Shown here: positions 46,805 through 57,241 of the stretch, piece after piece
Numbering within the stretch: position 1 is the first letter of the stretch
Layout of the letters: every line of letters starts with the position of its first letter
Notes under the pieces: generated by a model
Told to the model about the DNA's origin: nothing
The model's database searches: none
The model's input: the letters and a program-made list of their open reading frames with translations, nothing else
Made by a program: the position numbers and the translations under genes
DNA from: Nitrospirota bacterium
GTDB lineage: Bacteria > Nitrospirota > Nitrospiria > 2-01-FULL-66-17
Assembly (NCBI GenBank): GCA_040757335.1
Contig: JBFLXB010000003.1
Coordinates: 53,899 to 117,898, forward strand
Direction of reading: 5' to 3'
DNA: 64,000 nucleotides

Positions 46805-46833
46805 TGAGGGGGGATTTGGTTTTAAAACCTAGC

Positions 46834-48828
46834 ATGCTCTCCGTCGTCCTCATCCCGCTCCTGCCGCTGCTGGCCGTCCTCATCAACGGCGTGTTCGGCC
46901 GCCGGTACCTCAAAGAAGCCTCGCACTACTTCGCGGTAGGGTCGGTCGCGATCTCGTTCGTGCTGTCCATCTCGCTCTTGCTGCGCGTGATGGGCGGCGA
47001 TTCGCCGATCTCCGTTCCCATCTACTCGTGGATTTTTGGCGGAGGCCTCGATATCCACCTGGGATTCCTGATCGATCCGCTCTCCGCCGTGATGTTGATG
47101 GTGGTCACGGGCGTGGGGTTGCTGATCCACATCTATTCGATCGGGTACATGCACGGGGACCCCGGGTACTACCGCTTCTTCACGTACCTCAATCTGTTCA
47201 TGGTCTCCATGCTCCTGCTGGTGATGGGGGACAACTACCTGGTCCTCTTCATCGGGTGGGAAGGCGTGGGCCTGTGCTCGTACCTGTTGATCGCGTACTA
47301 CTTTGAGAAGGAATCCGCGACCAAAGCGGGCACCAAGGCGTTCGTGGTCAACCGCATCGGCGACGCGGGTTTTCTCGTCGCGATCTTTCTGATCATCCAG
47401 GAGTTCGGCACGCTGAACTATCTGGAAGTCTTCGACCGCGCCCACGAGCTGTCCACGGGCATGGCCACCGCGATCGCGTTGTGCCTGTTCATCGGCGCGA
47501 TCGGTAAATCCGCTCAGATCCCGCTGTACACGTGGTTGCCGGACGCGATGGAAGGTCCCACGCCGGTCAGTGCCTTGATCCACGCGGCCACCATGGTCAC
47601 CGCCGGGGTCTACATGGTAGTGCGCAACCACGCGATCTACGACCTGGCGCCGGTGGCGCTGACCACGGTGGCGGTCATCGGCGGGCTGACCGCGATCTTC
47701 GCCGCGACCATCGGCTTGGTCCAAACCGATATCAAGCGCGTGTTGGCCTACTCGACCGTGAGCCAGCTCGGGTACATGTTCCTGGGCTGCGGCGTAGGCG
47801 CGTACGCGGCCGCGATTTTCCACCTGGTTACACACGCGTTTTTCAAGGCGCTGCTGTTTTTGGGCTCCGGCAGCGTGATCCACGCGTTGGGCGGGGAGCA
47901 GGACATCCGCAAGATGGGCGGACTCAAGGCTGAGATTCCGGTGACTGCGCTGACGTTCTTAATCGGCACGATCGCGATCGCCGGGCTGCCTCCGTTGGCC
48001 GGGTTTTGGAGCAAAGACGAGATTCTTGGCATGGCGTTCAAGGGCGGGCACGGCGTGCTCTGGCTGATCGGCATGACCGGCGCATTCCTGACGTCGTTCT
48101 ACATGTTCCGCCTGTTCTATGTCACGTTCACCGGTACCACCAGGATGGACCACCACGTGGCGCAACACGTCCACGAGTCGCCCGGCGTGATGACCGTCCC
48201 GTTGATGATCCTGGCCGGGTTGTCGTTGCTCGGCGGGCTGATCCTGGGTGTCCCGCCCGAGGGCGGGTTGCTCCATGCTTTTCTCGCGCCGGTGGCATCG
48301 GCCGAGGGCGGGGAGGCGCACCACGGGTTCGGCGCCACTGACGTGGTCCTGATGGTCGCGTCCGTCCTCATTGCGCTGGGCGGCTGGTGGCTCGCGTACA
48401 CCATGTATGTGCGTCGTCCCGAGATGGCCGAGGCGTGGGCGCTGAAGTACGGGAATGCGCACCGTTTATTGCTGAACAAGTATTGGGTGGATGAGCTGTA
48501 CGATTTGCTGGTGGTCGAGCCGTCCAAGCGTCTCAGCGAGATCTGGGCGTGGTTCGACAACGTGGTGATCGACGGCGTGGTCCGCGGTGCGGCGCGCATG
48601 ACCCAGAGCAGTGCCTGGCTGTCGACCGCGATCGAGAAGTACGTTATTTATGGCTTCTTGAATGTGGTGGGCTACTCCAATCACTTGGGCGCGCGCACGT
48701 TCCGCCTCTTGCAGACCGGGTTTGTGCACCACTACGCGTTCATCCTGGTCATCGGCCTGGCGTTGATGGTGTATGTCTTCTGGTGGTGGAGCGGAGGCAG
48801 CGTGGCCGGCCTGCTGGCGCAGCGATGA
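46834..48828 (+). CDS. nuoL: NADH-quinone oxidoreductase subunit L (long form)
   Basis: ND5-like antiporter subunit, about 665 aa from MLSVVLIPLL. This is roughly 50 aa longer than E. coli NuoL (as recalled), which fits an extended lateral helix. Confidence 0.85.
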   Translation: MLSVVLIPLLPLLAVLINGVFGRRYLKEASHYFAVGSVAISFVLSISLLLRVMGGDSPISVPIYSWIFGGGLDIHLGFLIDPLSAVMLMVVTGVGLLIHIYSIGYMHGDPGYYRFFTYLNLFMVSMLLLVMGDNYLVLFIGWEGVGLCSYLLIAYYFEKESATKAGTKAFVVNRIGDAGFLVAIFLIIQEFGTLNYLEVFDRAHELSTGMATAIALCLFIGAIGKSAQIPLYTWLPDAMEGPTPVSALIHAATMVTAGVYMVVRNHAIYDLAPVALTTVAVIGGLTAIFAATIGLVQTDIKRVLAYSTVSQLGYMFLGCGVGAYAAAIFHLVTHAFFKALLFLGSGSVIHALGGEQDIRKMGGLKAEIPVTALTFLIGTIAIAGLPPLAGFWSKDEILGMAFKGGHGVLWLIGMTGAFLTSFYMFRLFYVTFTGTTRMDHHVAQHVHESPGVMTVPLMILAGLSLLGGLILGVPPEGGLLHAFLAPVASAEGGEAHHGFGATDVVLMVASVLIALGGWWLAYTMYVRRPEMAEAWALKYGNAHRLLLNKYWVDELYDLLVVEPSKRLSEIWAWFDNVVIDGVVRGAARMTQSSAWLSTAIEKYVIYGFLNVVGYSNHLGARTFRLLQTGFVHHYAFILVIGLALMVYVFWWWSGGSVAGLLAQR

Positions 48829-50450
48829 TGGAGCAGGTGTTCGCGGCGCAGCAGCTCGGATTCCCGATCCTCACCATCGTCACGTTCCTGCCGTTGGCCG
48901 GGGCGCTCGTGGTCTGGGCGCTGCGCGACGAAGCGATTGCCTGGAAAGTCGGGTTCGCGGTGGCGGCGGCCGACTTCGCGTTCAGCCTGCCCGTGTTTTT
49001 CGCGTTCACGCTCGACTCGTCGGCGATGCAGTTCGTGGAGCGGTACGCGTGGATTCCCGTTATCGGCGTGAGCTATCACGTCGGCGTGGACGGGATCAGC
49101 ATGCTGTTCGTGGTGCTGACCACGCTGCTGGGGTTCTTGATCGTGGTCTACGCGTCCGGGGTCGTGACGGAGCGCGTGCGCGGTTTCCTCATGGCGCTTT
49201 TCGCGTTGCAGACCACGATGTTGGGCGTGTTTGTCTCGCTGGATCTTGTGTTGTTTTTCCTGTTCTGGGAACTGATGCTGATCCCCTCGTACTTCATGAT
49301 TCGGCTGTGGGGCACCGAAGGCAAGGAGTACGCCGCGATCAAGTACGTGGTCTACACCCTATTGGGCAGCGTGCTGATGCTGGTGGGGATCGTGATCTTG
49401 TACCTGCAGCACTACCGGTTCGCGTCGATCCATGGTCTGGCCCCCGCGTTGTCGTTCGATCTGCTCGATCTGTTGCGGACGCCGATGTCCCTGGAAGTCC
49501 AGCTGGCGATCTTCGTGTTTCTCTTTTTCGGGTTCGCGTTCAAGACGCCGATCATTCCGTTTCACACCTGGATGCCTGATGCGCTGTATTCGGGGCCCAT
49601 CGCGATGAGTGTGATCCTGGCCGGTGTCAAGCTGGGAACGTTCGGGTTCGTGCGCTACTCGTTGCCGCTGGTGCCGGACGCGGCTCGTGCCGCGCTCCCG
49701 GTGATGATGGTGCTCGGGTTGATCGGCATTCTCTACGGTGCGTACATCGCGCTGATGCAGGCCGACTTCCGCAAGCTGTTGGCGTATTCCTCGATCAGCC
49801 ACCTCGGGTACGTGGCGCTCGGGATCTTCGCGCTGACGTACCAAGGGATCCAGGGAGGGCTGATCCAGATGATCAACCTCGGGATCTCGACCGCGGGGCT
49901 GTTCTTCTTCGCAGGCTTTCTCTGGACCCGGCGGCAGACGTTGACCATCGCGGAGTTCGGCGGGCTGGCCAAGACCACGCCCGTGCTGGCCACGTTTTTC
50001 CTCATCATGGTGCTCTCATCGATCGGCCTGCCGGGCACCAACGGGTTCATCGGGGAGTTCCTGATCCTGTTCGGCGCATTCAAAGCGCACTGGATCTACG
50101 GCGCGGTCGGGGTGCTGGGCGTGATCCTCGGCGCCGCGTACATGCTGTGGTTTTACGAACGCGCCGTTTTCGGCGCCGTGACTAAGGCCGTCAATGAACG
50201 CTTGCCGGACCTGGGCGGGCGTGAACTGGCGATTGCGCTGCCGCTGGTCGCGCTGGTCTTCTGGATCGGCGTGTATCCGTCGCCGTTTTTGCATCGGATC
50301 AACGGCTCGGTCGAGTCCCTGCACGCGCGGTTGCAGCCCAAAGCCGCCCTGTCAGCCACCGTTGGGGTTTCGCCTGATCAGGACGCGCTTTCTCCCCCTC
50401 TCCCAGTCGCCCCCTCTCCCCCTCGTCTTGCTTCTTCCGGGGCCCCGTGA
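48825..50450 (+). CDS. nuoM: NADH-quinone oxidoreductase subunit M (copy 1)
   Basis: ND4-like protein with a Pro/Ala-rich C-terminal tail. ATGA overlap with nuoL. Confidence 0.85.
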   Translation: MMEQVFAAQQLGFPILTIVTFLPLAGALVVWALRDEAIAWKVGFAVAAADFAFSLPVFFAFTLDSSAMQFVERYAWIPVIGVSYHVGVDGISMLFVVLTTLLGFLIVVYASGVVTERVRGFLMALFALQTTMLGVFVSLDLVLFFLFWELMLIPSYFMIRLWGTEGKEYAAIKYVVYTLLGSVLMLVGIVILYLQHYRFASIHGLAPALSFDLLDLLRTPMSLEVQLAIFVFLFFGFAFKTPIIPFHTWMPDALYSGPIAMSVILAGVKLGTFGFVRYSLPLVPDAARAALPVMMVLGLIGILYGAYIALMQADFRKLLAYSSISHLGYVALGIFALTYQGIQGGLIQMINLGISTAGLFFFAGFLWTRRQTLTIAEFGGLAKTTPVLATFFLIMVLSSIGLPGTNGFIGEFLILFGAFKAHWIYGAVGVLGVILGAAYMLWFYERAVFGAVTKAVNERLPDLGGRELAIALPLVALVFWIGVYPSPFLHRINGSVESLHARLQPKAALSATVGVSPDQDALSPPLPVAPSPPRLASSGAP

Positions 50451-52036
50451 TGCTCGACCAGCACCTCTTGTCGATCATTCTGTTCGCGCCGTTCGTCGGC
50501 GCCGCCGTGCTCTTGTTCGTCGACGGCAAGAAGTTGATGCAGGTTCGCGTGATCGCGGCGGTTTCCAGCGGGATCTCGTTCGTCGCGTCGGTGTACCTGT
50601 TGTACGCCTTCAACTACGCGCCCGGGTCGCCGCAGTTTCAGTTCCTCGAACAGTACGAGTGGTCGAAGGACCTGGGGATTTCGTTCTTCCTGGGCGTGGA
50701 CGGCATGTCGGTGCCGCTCGTGCTGGCGTCGTCGGTGTTGTTGTTCGCGGGGGTGTTCGTGTCGTGGCACATCGAAGACCGGGCGCGCGAGTTCTATATC
50801 TTCCTGCTGATCCTGGCGTCCGCAACGATCGGCGTGTACGTCTCGCTGGACCTCTTCTTCCTCTACTTTTTCTACGAGATGTCGGTGTTGCCCATGTATC
50901 CGCTCTTGGGCGTGTGGGGCAGCCACACCAAGGGCTACCTGGAGATGAAGGACACGGCCAAACGCGACTCCGTGGGCTTCATTTTCAACTTCGCGTCCAA
51001 CAGCAAGGAATACGCCGCGATGAAGCTGACGTTGTTTCTGTCGGCCGGCGCGGTGGTGGCGTTGCTGGGGATCTTCCTGACCTATGTGGGCACCGGCCTC
51101 AACACGTTCAACCTCATCGAACTGCAGGGTCACGAGCAGCAGTTTTCGCCCGTGATGCGCAGCGTGATCTGGCTGCTGCTCTTTTTCGGGTTCGCCTCGA
51201 TCGCGCCTCTCTGGCCCATGCACTCGTGGTCTCCGGTGGGCCACGCGGCCGCGCCCGCCGCGGTGTCCATGCTGCACGCGGGCGTGCTGATGAAGCTCGG
51301 GCATTTTTCGATCATCCGCGTCGCGTACTGGCTGTTCCCCCAGACCACCCAGGAGTGGGCGTTCCTGATCGCGATCCTGTGCGTGTTCTCGATCATCTAC
51401 GGCGGACTGGTGGCGTTCTTCCAGCGCGACACCAAATACGTGATCGGCTACTCCAGCTCCAGTCACATGGGCTACATCTTCCTGGGGATGGCCGCGCTCA
51501 ACATGATCAGCATGACCGGCGCCGTGCTCTACATGTTTGCGCACGCGCTGGCCACGGGGATGCTCTTTGCCATGGCCGGCTGGGTGTACGACCAGACCCA
51601 CACGCGGGATATCCCCTCGCTGGGCGGCCTGGGCCAGAAGATGCCGTTCATCATGGGCGCGTTCGTCGTGGCCCTGGTGGCTTCGGTGGGGCTGCCGGGC
51701 ACCGTCAACTTCATCGGCGAGCTGATGATCCTATCCGGGAGTTGGGAGCAGTATCCCGTCCAGGTGGTGATCGCCGTGATCGGCATCGTCATCACCCTCG
51801 CGTATCTGATGCGGATGTTCATCGGATTGTTCCTGGGCGACATGCAGCCCAAGTGGGCGCACGCCGGCGACGCGCGCTGGATCGACCGCGTGCCTTTGCT
51901 CATCATGATCTTCGGGAGCCTGTACTTTGGGTTGTTCCCCAGCCAGTTCATCCACGTGATCAGCGCGGGCATGCAGCCGATCCTGGAACAAATTAACGCG
52001 GCGGGCGCAGTAGCCTCCGCCGGGGGCGGAGGCTAG
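50447..52036 (+). CDS. nuoM: NADH-quinone oxidoreductase subunit M (copy 2, divergent paralog with an internal insertion)
   Basis: ND4-like protein. Insertion GSHTKGYLEMKDTAKRDSVGFIFNFASNSKEYAAMK. Start overlaps the nuoM copy 1 stop. Confidence 0.8.
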   Translation: MMLDQHLLSIILFAPFVGAAVLLFVDGKKLMQVRVIAAVSSGISFVASVYLLYAFNYAPGSPQFQFLEQYEWSKDLGISFFLGVDGMSVPLVLASSVLLFAGVFVSWHIEDRAREFYIFLLILASATIGVYVSLDLFFLYFFYEMSVLPMYPLLGVWGSHTKGYLEMKDTAKRDSVGFIFNFASNSKEYAAMKLTLFLSAGAVVALLGIFLTYVGTGLNTFNLIELQGHEQQFSPVMRSVIWLLLFFGFASIAPLWPMHSWSPVGHAAAPAAVSMLHAGVLMKLGHFSIIRVAYWLFPQTTQEWAFLIAILCVFSIIYGGLVAFFQRDTKYVIGYSSSSHMGYIFLGMAALNMISMTGAVLYMFAHALATGMLFAMAGWVYDQTHTRDIPSLGGLGQKMPFIMGAFVVALVASVGLPGTVNFIGELMILSGSWEQYPVQVVIAVIGIVITLAYLMRMFIGLFLGDMQPKWAHAGDARWIDRVPLLIMIFGSLYFGLFPSQFIHVISAGMQPILEQINAAGAVASAGGGG

Positions 52037-52155
52037 CCTGTCCATGAAGGACCATCTGCGGCGTTGCCGCTGCGCATCCGGTGCTCACGTACGCACCCAG
52101 TACGCTGCGCTCCGGTGCTCGCGGCGCCTTGCATCTGGCCCGTTCCTGAACAGGC
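52036..52155. repeat. interspersed ~118-bp TIR-bearing repeat, copy E (plus orientation)
   Basis: gcctgtccatgaaggacc...cccgttcctgaacaggc. Begins at the nuoM copy 2 stop. Confidence 0.8.
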
Positions 52156-52191
52156 TTGTAGGGGCACGACATTGGATGGATATCTAGGCCA

Positions 52192-53658
52192 ATGGAATTC
52201 ACACTGACCATCTCGTTTGCCGACCTGCTCTTGATGCTCCCGGAGCTCTTGCTCACGGGATTGATCGGTGTCGTCCTCTTCATCGACTTTACCTTCACCA
52301 AGGTCAGCAAGAACTCCCTGGCTTGGATCACGGTCGCTGGCCTGTGCGGTATTCTGGCGAGTCTGGTGTGGATGTGGGCCGCGGGCGTCCAAGGGGCGTT
52401 GTTCAAGCAGACCTTCGTGCTCGATCCGTTCGCGGTGTTCTTCAAAATCGTGGTGGTGCTGGCGACGATCTTGATCGTGCTGGCGTCGCTCGACTACATC
52501 AAGCGCATCGTCTTGTTCCGCGGCGAGTACTACCTCATGGTCATGTTGTCGGCGTTGGGGATGCTGTTCATGGCGTCGTCCAACGACCTCCTGACCATGT
52601 TCATCACCATCGAGTTCTCCACGTTCGGCTTCTACATTCTGGTGGCCTATTTGCGCGAGGACGATCTTCGATCCAGCGAGGCGGGTTTGAAGTACTTCGT
52701 CCTGAGCGTCTTCACCGCCGCGGTGATGGTGTTCGGGATCAGCCTGATTTACGGCGAGACCGGCACGATCATTTTCCCCGAGATCGCGGCGGCACAGCCG
52801 GTCCTGACCGGCGGTTTGATCATCGGGTTCCTCTGCTTGTTGGTGGGCCTGGGATTCAAGATCGGCGCGTTCCCGTTCCACAACTGGATTCCTGATATCT
52901 ACCAGGGCGCGCCGACCCCGATCACCGCCTACCTGGGGATCGCCCCCAAAGCCGCGGCATTAGCGATCGTGCTGAGGGTGTTCTTTTCAACCTTCGGCCA
53001 GTTCAAGCCCGAGTGGGTGTGGCTGGTGATCGGCATGGCTGCGTTGTCCATGACCTACGGGAACGTGGTGGCCATTGCGCAGACCGACATCAAGCGCATG
53101 CTCGCGTATTCCGGCATCGCGCAGATGGGCAATATGCTGATCGGCCTCGCGGCCGGGACCAAAATGGGCGGCGACTCGGTGATGTTCTACCTGCTGACGT
53201 ACCTGGTGGCCAACATCGGGGCGTTCGCCGTGGTCATCGTCTTCTCCAACCTGACGGGCAGCGATCGCATCGAGGACTACCGAGGCCTGGCCCGCCGCGC
53301 GCCGCTGTTGGCCGCGGCGATGTTGGTCTTTCTGCTTTCGCTCGCCGGCGTCCCGCCGTTGGCGGGCTTCATCGCGAAGATCTACGTGTTCACGGCGGCC
53401 ATGAAGCAGGGGTTGATCGTGCTGGTCTGTATCGGCTTGGTCAACATCGTGATCTCGATGTACTACTACCTCGTCATCGTGAAGAGGATGTACATCAACG
53501 AGCCCACGGACCGTCGCCCGATCCCGATGTCGGCTCCGATGCAGGCCGTGGTCTACACCACGCTCGCGGGCACCGTGATCCTCGGCATCTACCCCAAGCC
53601 CTTCATCGAGTGGGCGGTCTCCTCCACCGCCCTGTTCGCGCACCTCGTCGGGCCGTAA
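52192..53658 (+). CDS. nuoN: NADH-quinone oxidoreductase subunit N
   Basis: ND2-like 14-TM protein. Confidence 0.85.
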   Translation: MEFTLTISFADLLLMLPELLLTGLIGVVLFIDFTFTKVSKNSLAWITVAGLCGILASLVWMWAAGVQGALFKQTFVLDPFAVFFKIVVVLATILIVLASLDYIKRIVLFRGEYYLMVMLSALGMLFMASSNDLLTMFITIEFSTFGFYILVAYLREDDLRSSEAGLKYFVLSVFTAAVMVFGISLIYGETGTIIFPEIAAAQPVLTGGLIIGFLCLLVGLGFKIGAFPFHNWIPDIYQGAPTPITAYLGIAPKAAALAIVLRVFFSTFGQFKPEWVWLVIGMAALSMTYGNVVAIAQTDIKRMLAYSGIAQMGNMLIGLAAGTKMGGDSVMFYLLTYLVANIGAFAVVIVFSNLTGSDRIEDYRGLARRAPLLAAAMLVFLLSLAGVPPLAGFIAKIYVFTAAMKQGLIVLVCIGLVNIVISMYYYLVIVKRMYINEPTDRRPIPMSAPMQAVVYTTLAGTVILGIYPKPFIEWAVSSTALFAHLVGP

Positions 53659-53698
53659 GTCCGTTGTCGCACCGGCTGTGTCACGCTCCATTCGTATC

Positions 53699-53727
53699 TT
53701 GAGCGGGGTGACGGCGTATGCCATAAT
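53699..53727 (+). promoter_or_regulatory. candidate promoter (TTGAGC-N17-CATAAT) for the M48 peptidase gene
   Basis: Hexamers at 53699-53704 and 53722-53727. Confidence 0.3.
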
Positions 53728-53748
53728 CCGCTTCCGAACGGAGTCGGA

Positions 53749-54531
53749 ATGAAGACCTCGCATCGTTGGCTGCTCGCCGCGAGCAGCGCGCTCGCCATGT
53801 TGGTCGTGGCGTGCCAGACCGTGCCGCTCACGGGGCGGCAACAGTTGATCTTGATCTCGACCGAGGAGGAACTGAGTCTCGGCGCCGAAGCGTATAAAAA
53901 GACGCTCAAGGAGTCGAAGCTTAGCCAGGATCAGGCGGCCACGGCCATGGTGCGCCGCGTGGGCGAGCGCATCGCCAAGGTGGCGAATCGGCCGGACTTC
54001 ACGTGGGAGTTCAATCTCGTCGAGGACAAGACTCCGAACGCGTTTTGCCTGCCGGGCGGCAAGGTCGTGGTCTATACCGGGATCTTGCCGTTCACCAAGG
54101 ACGAGACGGGCTTGGCCGTGGTGGTGGGCCATGAGGTTGCGCACGCTCTCGCCCGGCACGGGGCGGAGCGCATGTCCACCGGCGTGCTGGCCGATCTTGC
54201 GGGGAAGACCGCAGGGGTCGTGTTCGGGGGCGGGAATCCCGAGACCGCCAGCGCGGTGGAACAGGCGTTCGGGATCGGGAGTGGCGTGGGTGTGATTCTC
54301 CCGTTCAGCCGCCACCAGGAATCTGAGGCCGACAAGATCGGCCTGCTGCTGATGGCTCAGGCTGGGTACGACCCGCGCGCGGCCACGGAATTCTGGAAGC
54401 GCATGGGCCAGGGGAAAGACGGCGCTCCGCCGGAGTTTCTCTCCACGCACCCCAGCGACGAGACGCGGATCAAACGCATCGAAGGCTGGATGCCCGAGGC
54501 ACTGAAGATCTACCAGGCCGGGGCAGGGTAG
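53749..54531 (+). CDS. M48-family zinc metallopeptidase (lipoprotein)
   Basis: HEVAHAL zincin motif plus downstream ESEAD. Lipobox ALAMLVVAC. Confidence 0.75.
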   Translation: MKTSHRWLLAASSALAMLVVACQTVPLTGRQQLILISTEEELSLGAEAYKKTLKESKLSQDQAATAMVRRVGERIAKVANRPDFTWEFNLVEDKTPNAFCLPGGKVVVYTGILPFTKDETGLAVVVGHEVAHALARHGAERMSTGVLADLAGKTAGVVFGGGNPETASAVEQAFGIGSGVGVILPFSRHQESEADKIGLLLMAQAGYDPRAATEFWKRMGQGKDGAPPEFLSTHPSDETRIKRIEGWMPEALKIYQAGAG

Positions 54532-54614
54532 TCCGTCGCCCACGCCGGCATGGTCTTACCGCACGCCCGTCCGCCCCTTCCGATTGAACGCTTGATCCCG
54601 AGCTGCCGGACGGG

Positions 54615-57197
54615 CTACAGCGGCAATTCCGTTCTGGTCAGATCTAATGTGAGGGCCGGTGTGGGCGACCCCATGACGGTCCGAAGGTTGCGCCACTCGG
54701 CGGCGAGCATCCCGCGGTCCCACGGGACGCGCTGGGTGGTGAGATCCGCGTAGCGAAACAGGTCGAGCCGCGTGCCGTCGGTGACGATTTTCACGGCCCC
54801 GTCGAGGTCGGTGCGGAACACCGCGGCGTTGAGACGGTTGTAGGCCCTGAGCGTTTGCGGAGCGGGGTGGCCGTAGGTGTTGGTCGCCCCCACCGAGATC
54901 ACGGCGACCTTGGGCGCGACGGCGCGCAAGAACGTGGGGTCCAACGACCCGCGGCTGCCGTGGTGCGGCACCTTGAGGATCGTGCTCCGCAGCAGATTCC
55001 ACTGCGGATTGGCGGCGACCATCAGGCGCTCGCCCGCTGCCTCGATGTCGCCCGTCAACAGGATCGAGGCCCGGCCGTACTCCACCCGCAGCACGATCGA
55101 CCGGTCGTTCTCGGAGGCGTCTTTTGGCAGGGGGCTGAACGGGGACTCGGCCCAGGGATTGACCCGCCAGACGCGCACGGCATCGATCCACAGCGGCTGC
55201 TGCTTGGGAATGATCGAGGTTGGAATCCCCCGTTGCGTGAGCAGGTCCTCGAACTCGCGCGCCGTCCACCGGTCGGGCCGGCGGCCGTTGGTCCAGACCT
55301 CGCCGATCGGAAAACGATCGGCCACGAAGAGCAGACCCCCGATGTGGTCGAGCTGCGGGTGCGAGGCGACGAGATAATCGATCCGGTCGACCCCTTGGTT
55401 CCACAACATGGGAGCCACGACCAGGCGGCCGGCGTCGAGGTCAAAGAACCGCTTGCCCCCGTCCACCACCATGACGCGCCCGGATGGAAAGCGAATCACC
55501 GCGCCGTCGCCTTGGCCCACGTCGAGCCACGTGACCTCCAGCGCCGCCTTGGAGATCCAGCGCGGGGTCCCGACCAGCCAAGGCACGGCGAGGATCACCA
55601 GCGCGCCTCCGGCGAGACCGCGTTTCCAGGGTTTGACCCGCCGGTCCACCAGCGCGGCCAGCACGGCGTAGCAGACCGCAACCACCGCAATCGGAGGCGC
55701 GGCCACATGGGCGATCGCCATGGGCCACGACGCGAAGAAGTCCACCAGTCGGAGCAGGACGTCGAGCGCGGCCGCGTTCCAGTCGGCGAGGGGTAGGGTG
55801 GGTGACTGCGATGCAGCGGCGGCGACGCCGGACGCGAGTCCCAGCGGGACGACCAGGATGCCGGCCAGCGGGATCGCGATCGGGTTGGACACCACCCCCA
55901 CCCAATTGACCTGGTTGAAGTGATAGGCAACCAGCGGCGCGGTGCCGACGCCCGCGGCCACCGACGTGATCAGGAGCGCGGCAGTGTAGGACCGCAGGCG
56001 TTGGGTCCATCCCAGCGCGCCGGGGTCAGCTTGTTGGGGCGCTTGAGCCGACCACCATTCCACGCCGAGCGCGATGCACCAAACCGACAGGAACGAGAGC
56101 TGAAACGACACGTCGGTCAGGGCGTGGGGATCCCACGCGAGGATCAGGATCGCGGCAAAGGCGAGCGCGTTGAACAGGTCGTCTTCCCGATGGATGATGA
56201 CGGCTACGAGGTAGACCAGGATCATCACCAGCGCGCGAATCGTGGCCACCTGCCCGCCGGCCAACAGCGCGTAGAAGGTGACGGGGATCGCAGTGGCCAC
56301 CGCAGCGATCTGCGAGGGCATGACCACCAGCGTCAGGCGTACCAGGAGGCGTTCCGGCAACCACAGCACGGCGCGGCGGACTACGAAGAACACCACCAGC
56401 GCGATCAGGCCGAGATGCGACCCGGAGATCGAGAGCAGATGCACGGTTCCCGAAGCCATGAACCGTTCGCGGAGCTCCGCCGTGAGGTAGCCTGTCTCGC
56501 CGGTGATCATGGCGAGAAAAAACGGCGCCGTGTCCGCGGGCAGCGATGCCAGCGCCGCGACGCGAATGCGCTCCCGCCACTCGTAGACGCGATCAAGAAT
56601 CCGCGACGGTTGATGTCCGATGCGCGCGATGGCGCCCGGTTTGATCGTAGCGACCGCACCCACGCCCTGGCCCGCCAGCCAGTGTCCGTAATCGAAGAGA
56701 CCCGGGTTGCGAAAGCCGCGGGGTGCCCGGAATTGCCCCTCAACCCGGATGCGATCCCCGTACCGAAGTTCCGCGAACGCTTCGGGAGGGCCCGACAGCC
56801 TGAGGCGCCCCCTGACCAGCGTGGATGAGGGGCGTTCGACCAGGCGCACGTCGGTCGCGGTCACCGAGGACCACTCGTTCATGTGGCGGACCGGGGCGTC
56901 GAGGACCGCTTCGAGGGTCACGCGTCCCGACAGCACCCGGGGGTCTGGGGAGGGCGGTGGGGTCGCCATCGTATACGCCATTGCGACGCCCAACACGATC
57001 CAGTGCGTGGGGCCGAACGCCAGCGCCCGCGGCAGGGTCCGGCGCATCACGATGGTCGACGCCACGATGATCAGGCCGATGGCCACTGCAGAGAGCGGAA
57101 AACGCGCGGCCAGCGTGCCCAACGCACTGCCGACCGCGAGCGCAAGTGCCAAGGGCACTAGCGGCCTGACGACCCGCGTATCAGCCGAGACTTGCAC
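54615..57197 (-). CDS. comEC: DNA internalisation competence protein ComEC/Rec2
   Basis: Polytopic N-terminal domain plus a C-terminal metallo-beta-lactamase domain (HPQLDHIGG...LTGDIE...VPHHGS). Confidence 0.8.
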   Translation of the reverse strand: MQVSADTRVVRPLVPLALALAVGSALGTLAARFPLSAVAIGLIIVASTIVMRRTLPRALAFGPTHWIVLGVAMAYTMATPPPSPDPRVLSGRVTLEAVLDAPVRHMNEWSSVTATDVRLVERPSSTLVRGRLRLSGPPEAFAELRYGDRIRVEGQFRAPRGFRNPGLFDYGHWLAGQGVGAVATIKPGAIARIGHQPSRILDRVYEWRERIRVAALASLPADTAPFFLAMITGETGYLTAELRERFMASGTVHLLSISGSHLGLIALVVFFVVRRAVLWLPERLLVRLTLVVMPSQIAAVATAIPVTFYALLAGGQVATIRALVMILVYLVAVIIHREDDLFNALAFAAILILAWDPHALTDVSFQLSFLSVWCIALGVEWWSAQAPQQADPGALGWTQRLRSYTAALLITSVAAGVGTAPLVAYHFNQVNWVGVVSNPIAIPLAGILVVPLGLASGVAAAASQSPTLPLADWNAAALDVLLRLVDFFASWPMAIAHVAAPPIAVVAVCYAVLAALVDRRVKPWKRGLAGGALVILAVPWLVGTPRWISKAALEVTWLDVGQGDGAVIRFPSGRVMVVDGGKRFFDLDAGRLVVAPMLWNQGVDRIDYLVASHPQLDHIGGLLFVADRFPIGEVWTNGRRPDRWTAREFEDLLTQRGIPTSIIPKQQPLWIDAVRVWRVNPWAESPFSPLPKDASENDRSIVLRVEYGRASILLTGDIEAAGERLMVAANPQWNLLRSTILKVPHHGSRGSLDPTFLRAVAPKVAVISVGATNTYGHPAPQTLRAYNRLNAAVFRTDLDGAVKIVTDGTRLDLFRYADLTTQRVPWDRGMLAAEWRNLRTVMGSPTPALTLDLTRTELPL

Positions 57198-57241
57198 CGA
57201 CGCGGGCGACTCGCGCGCGCCGGATGCCGGCGGCTCGTTCG

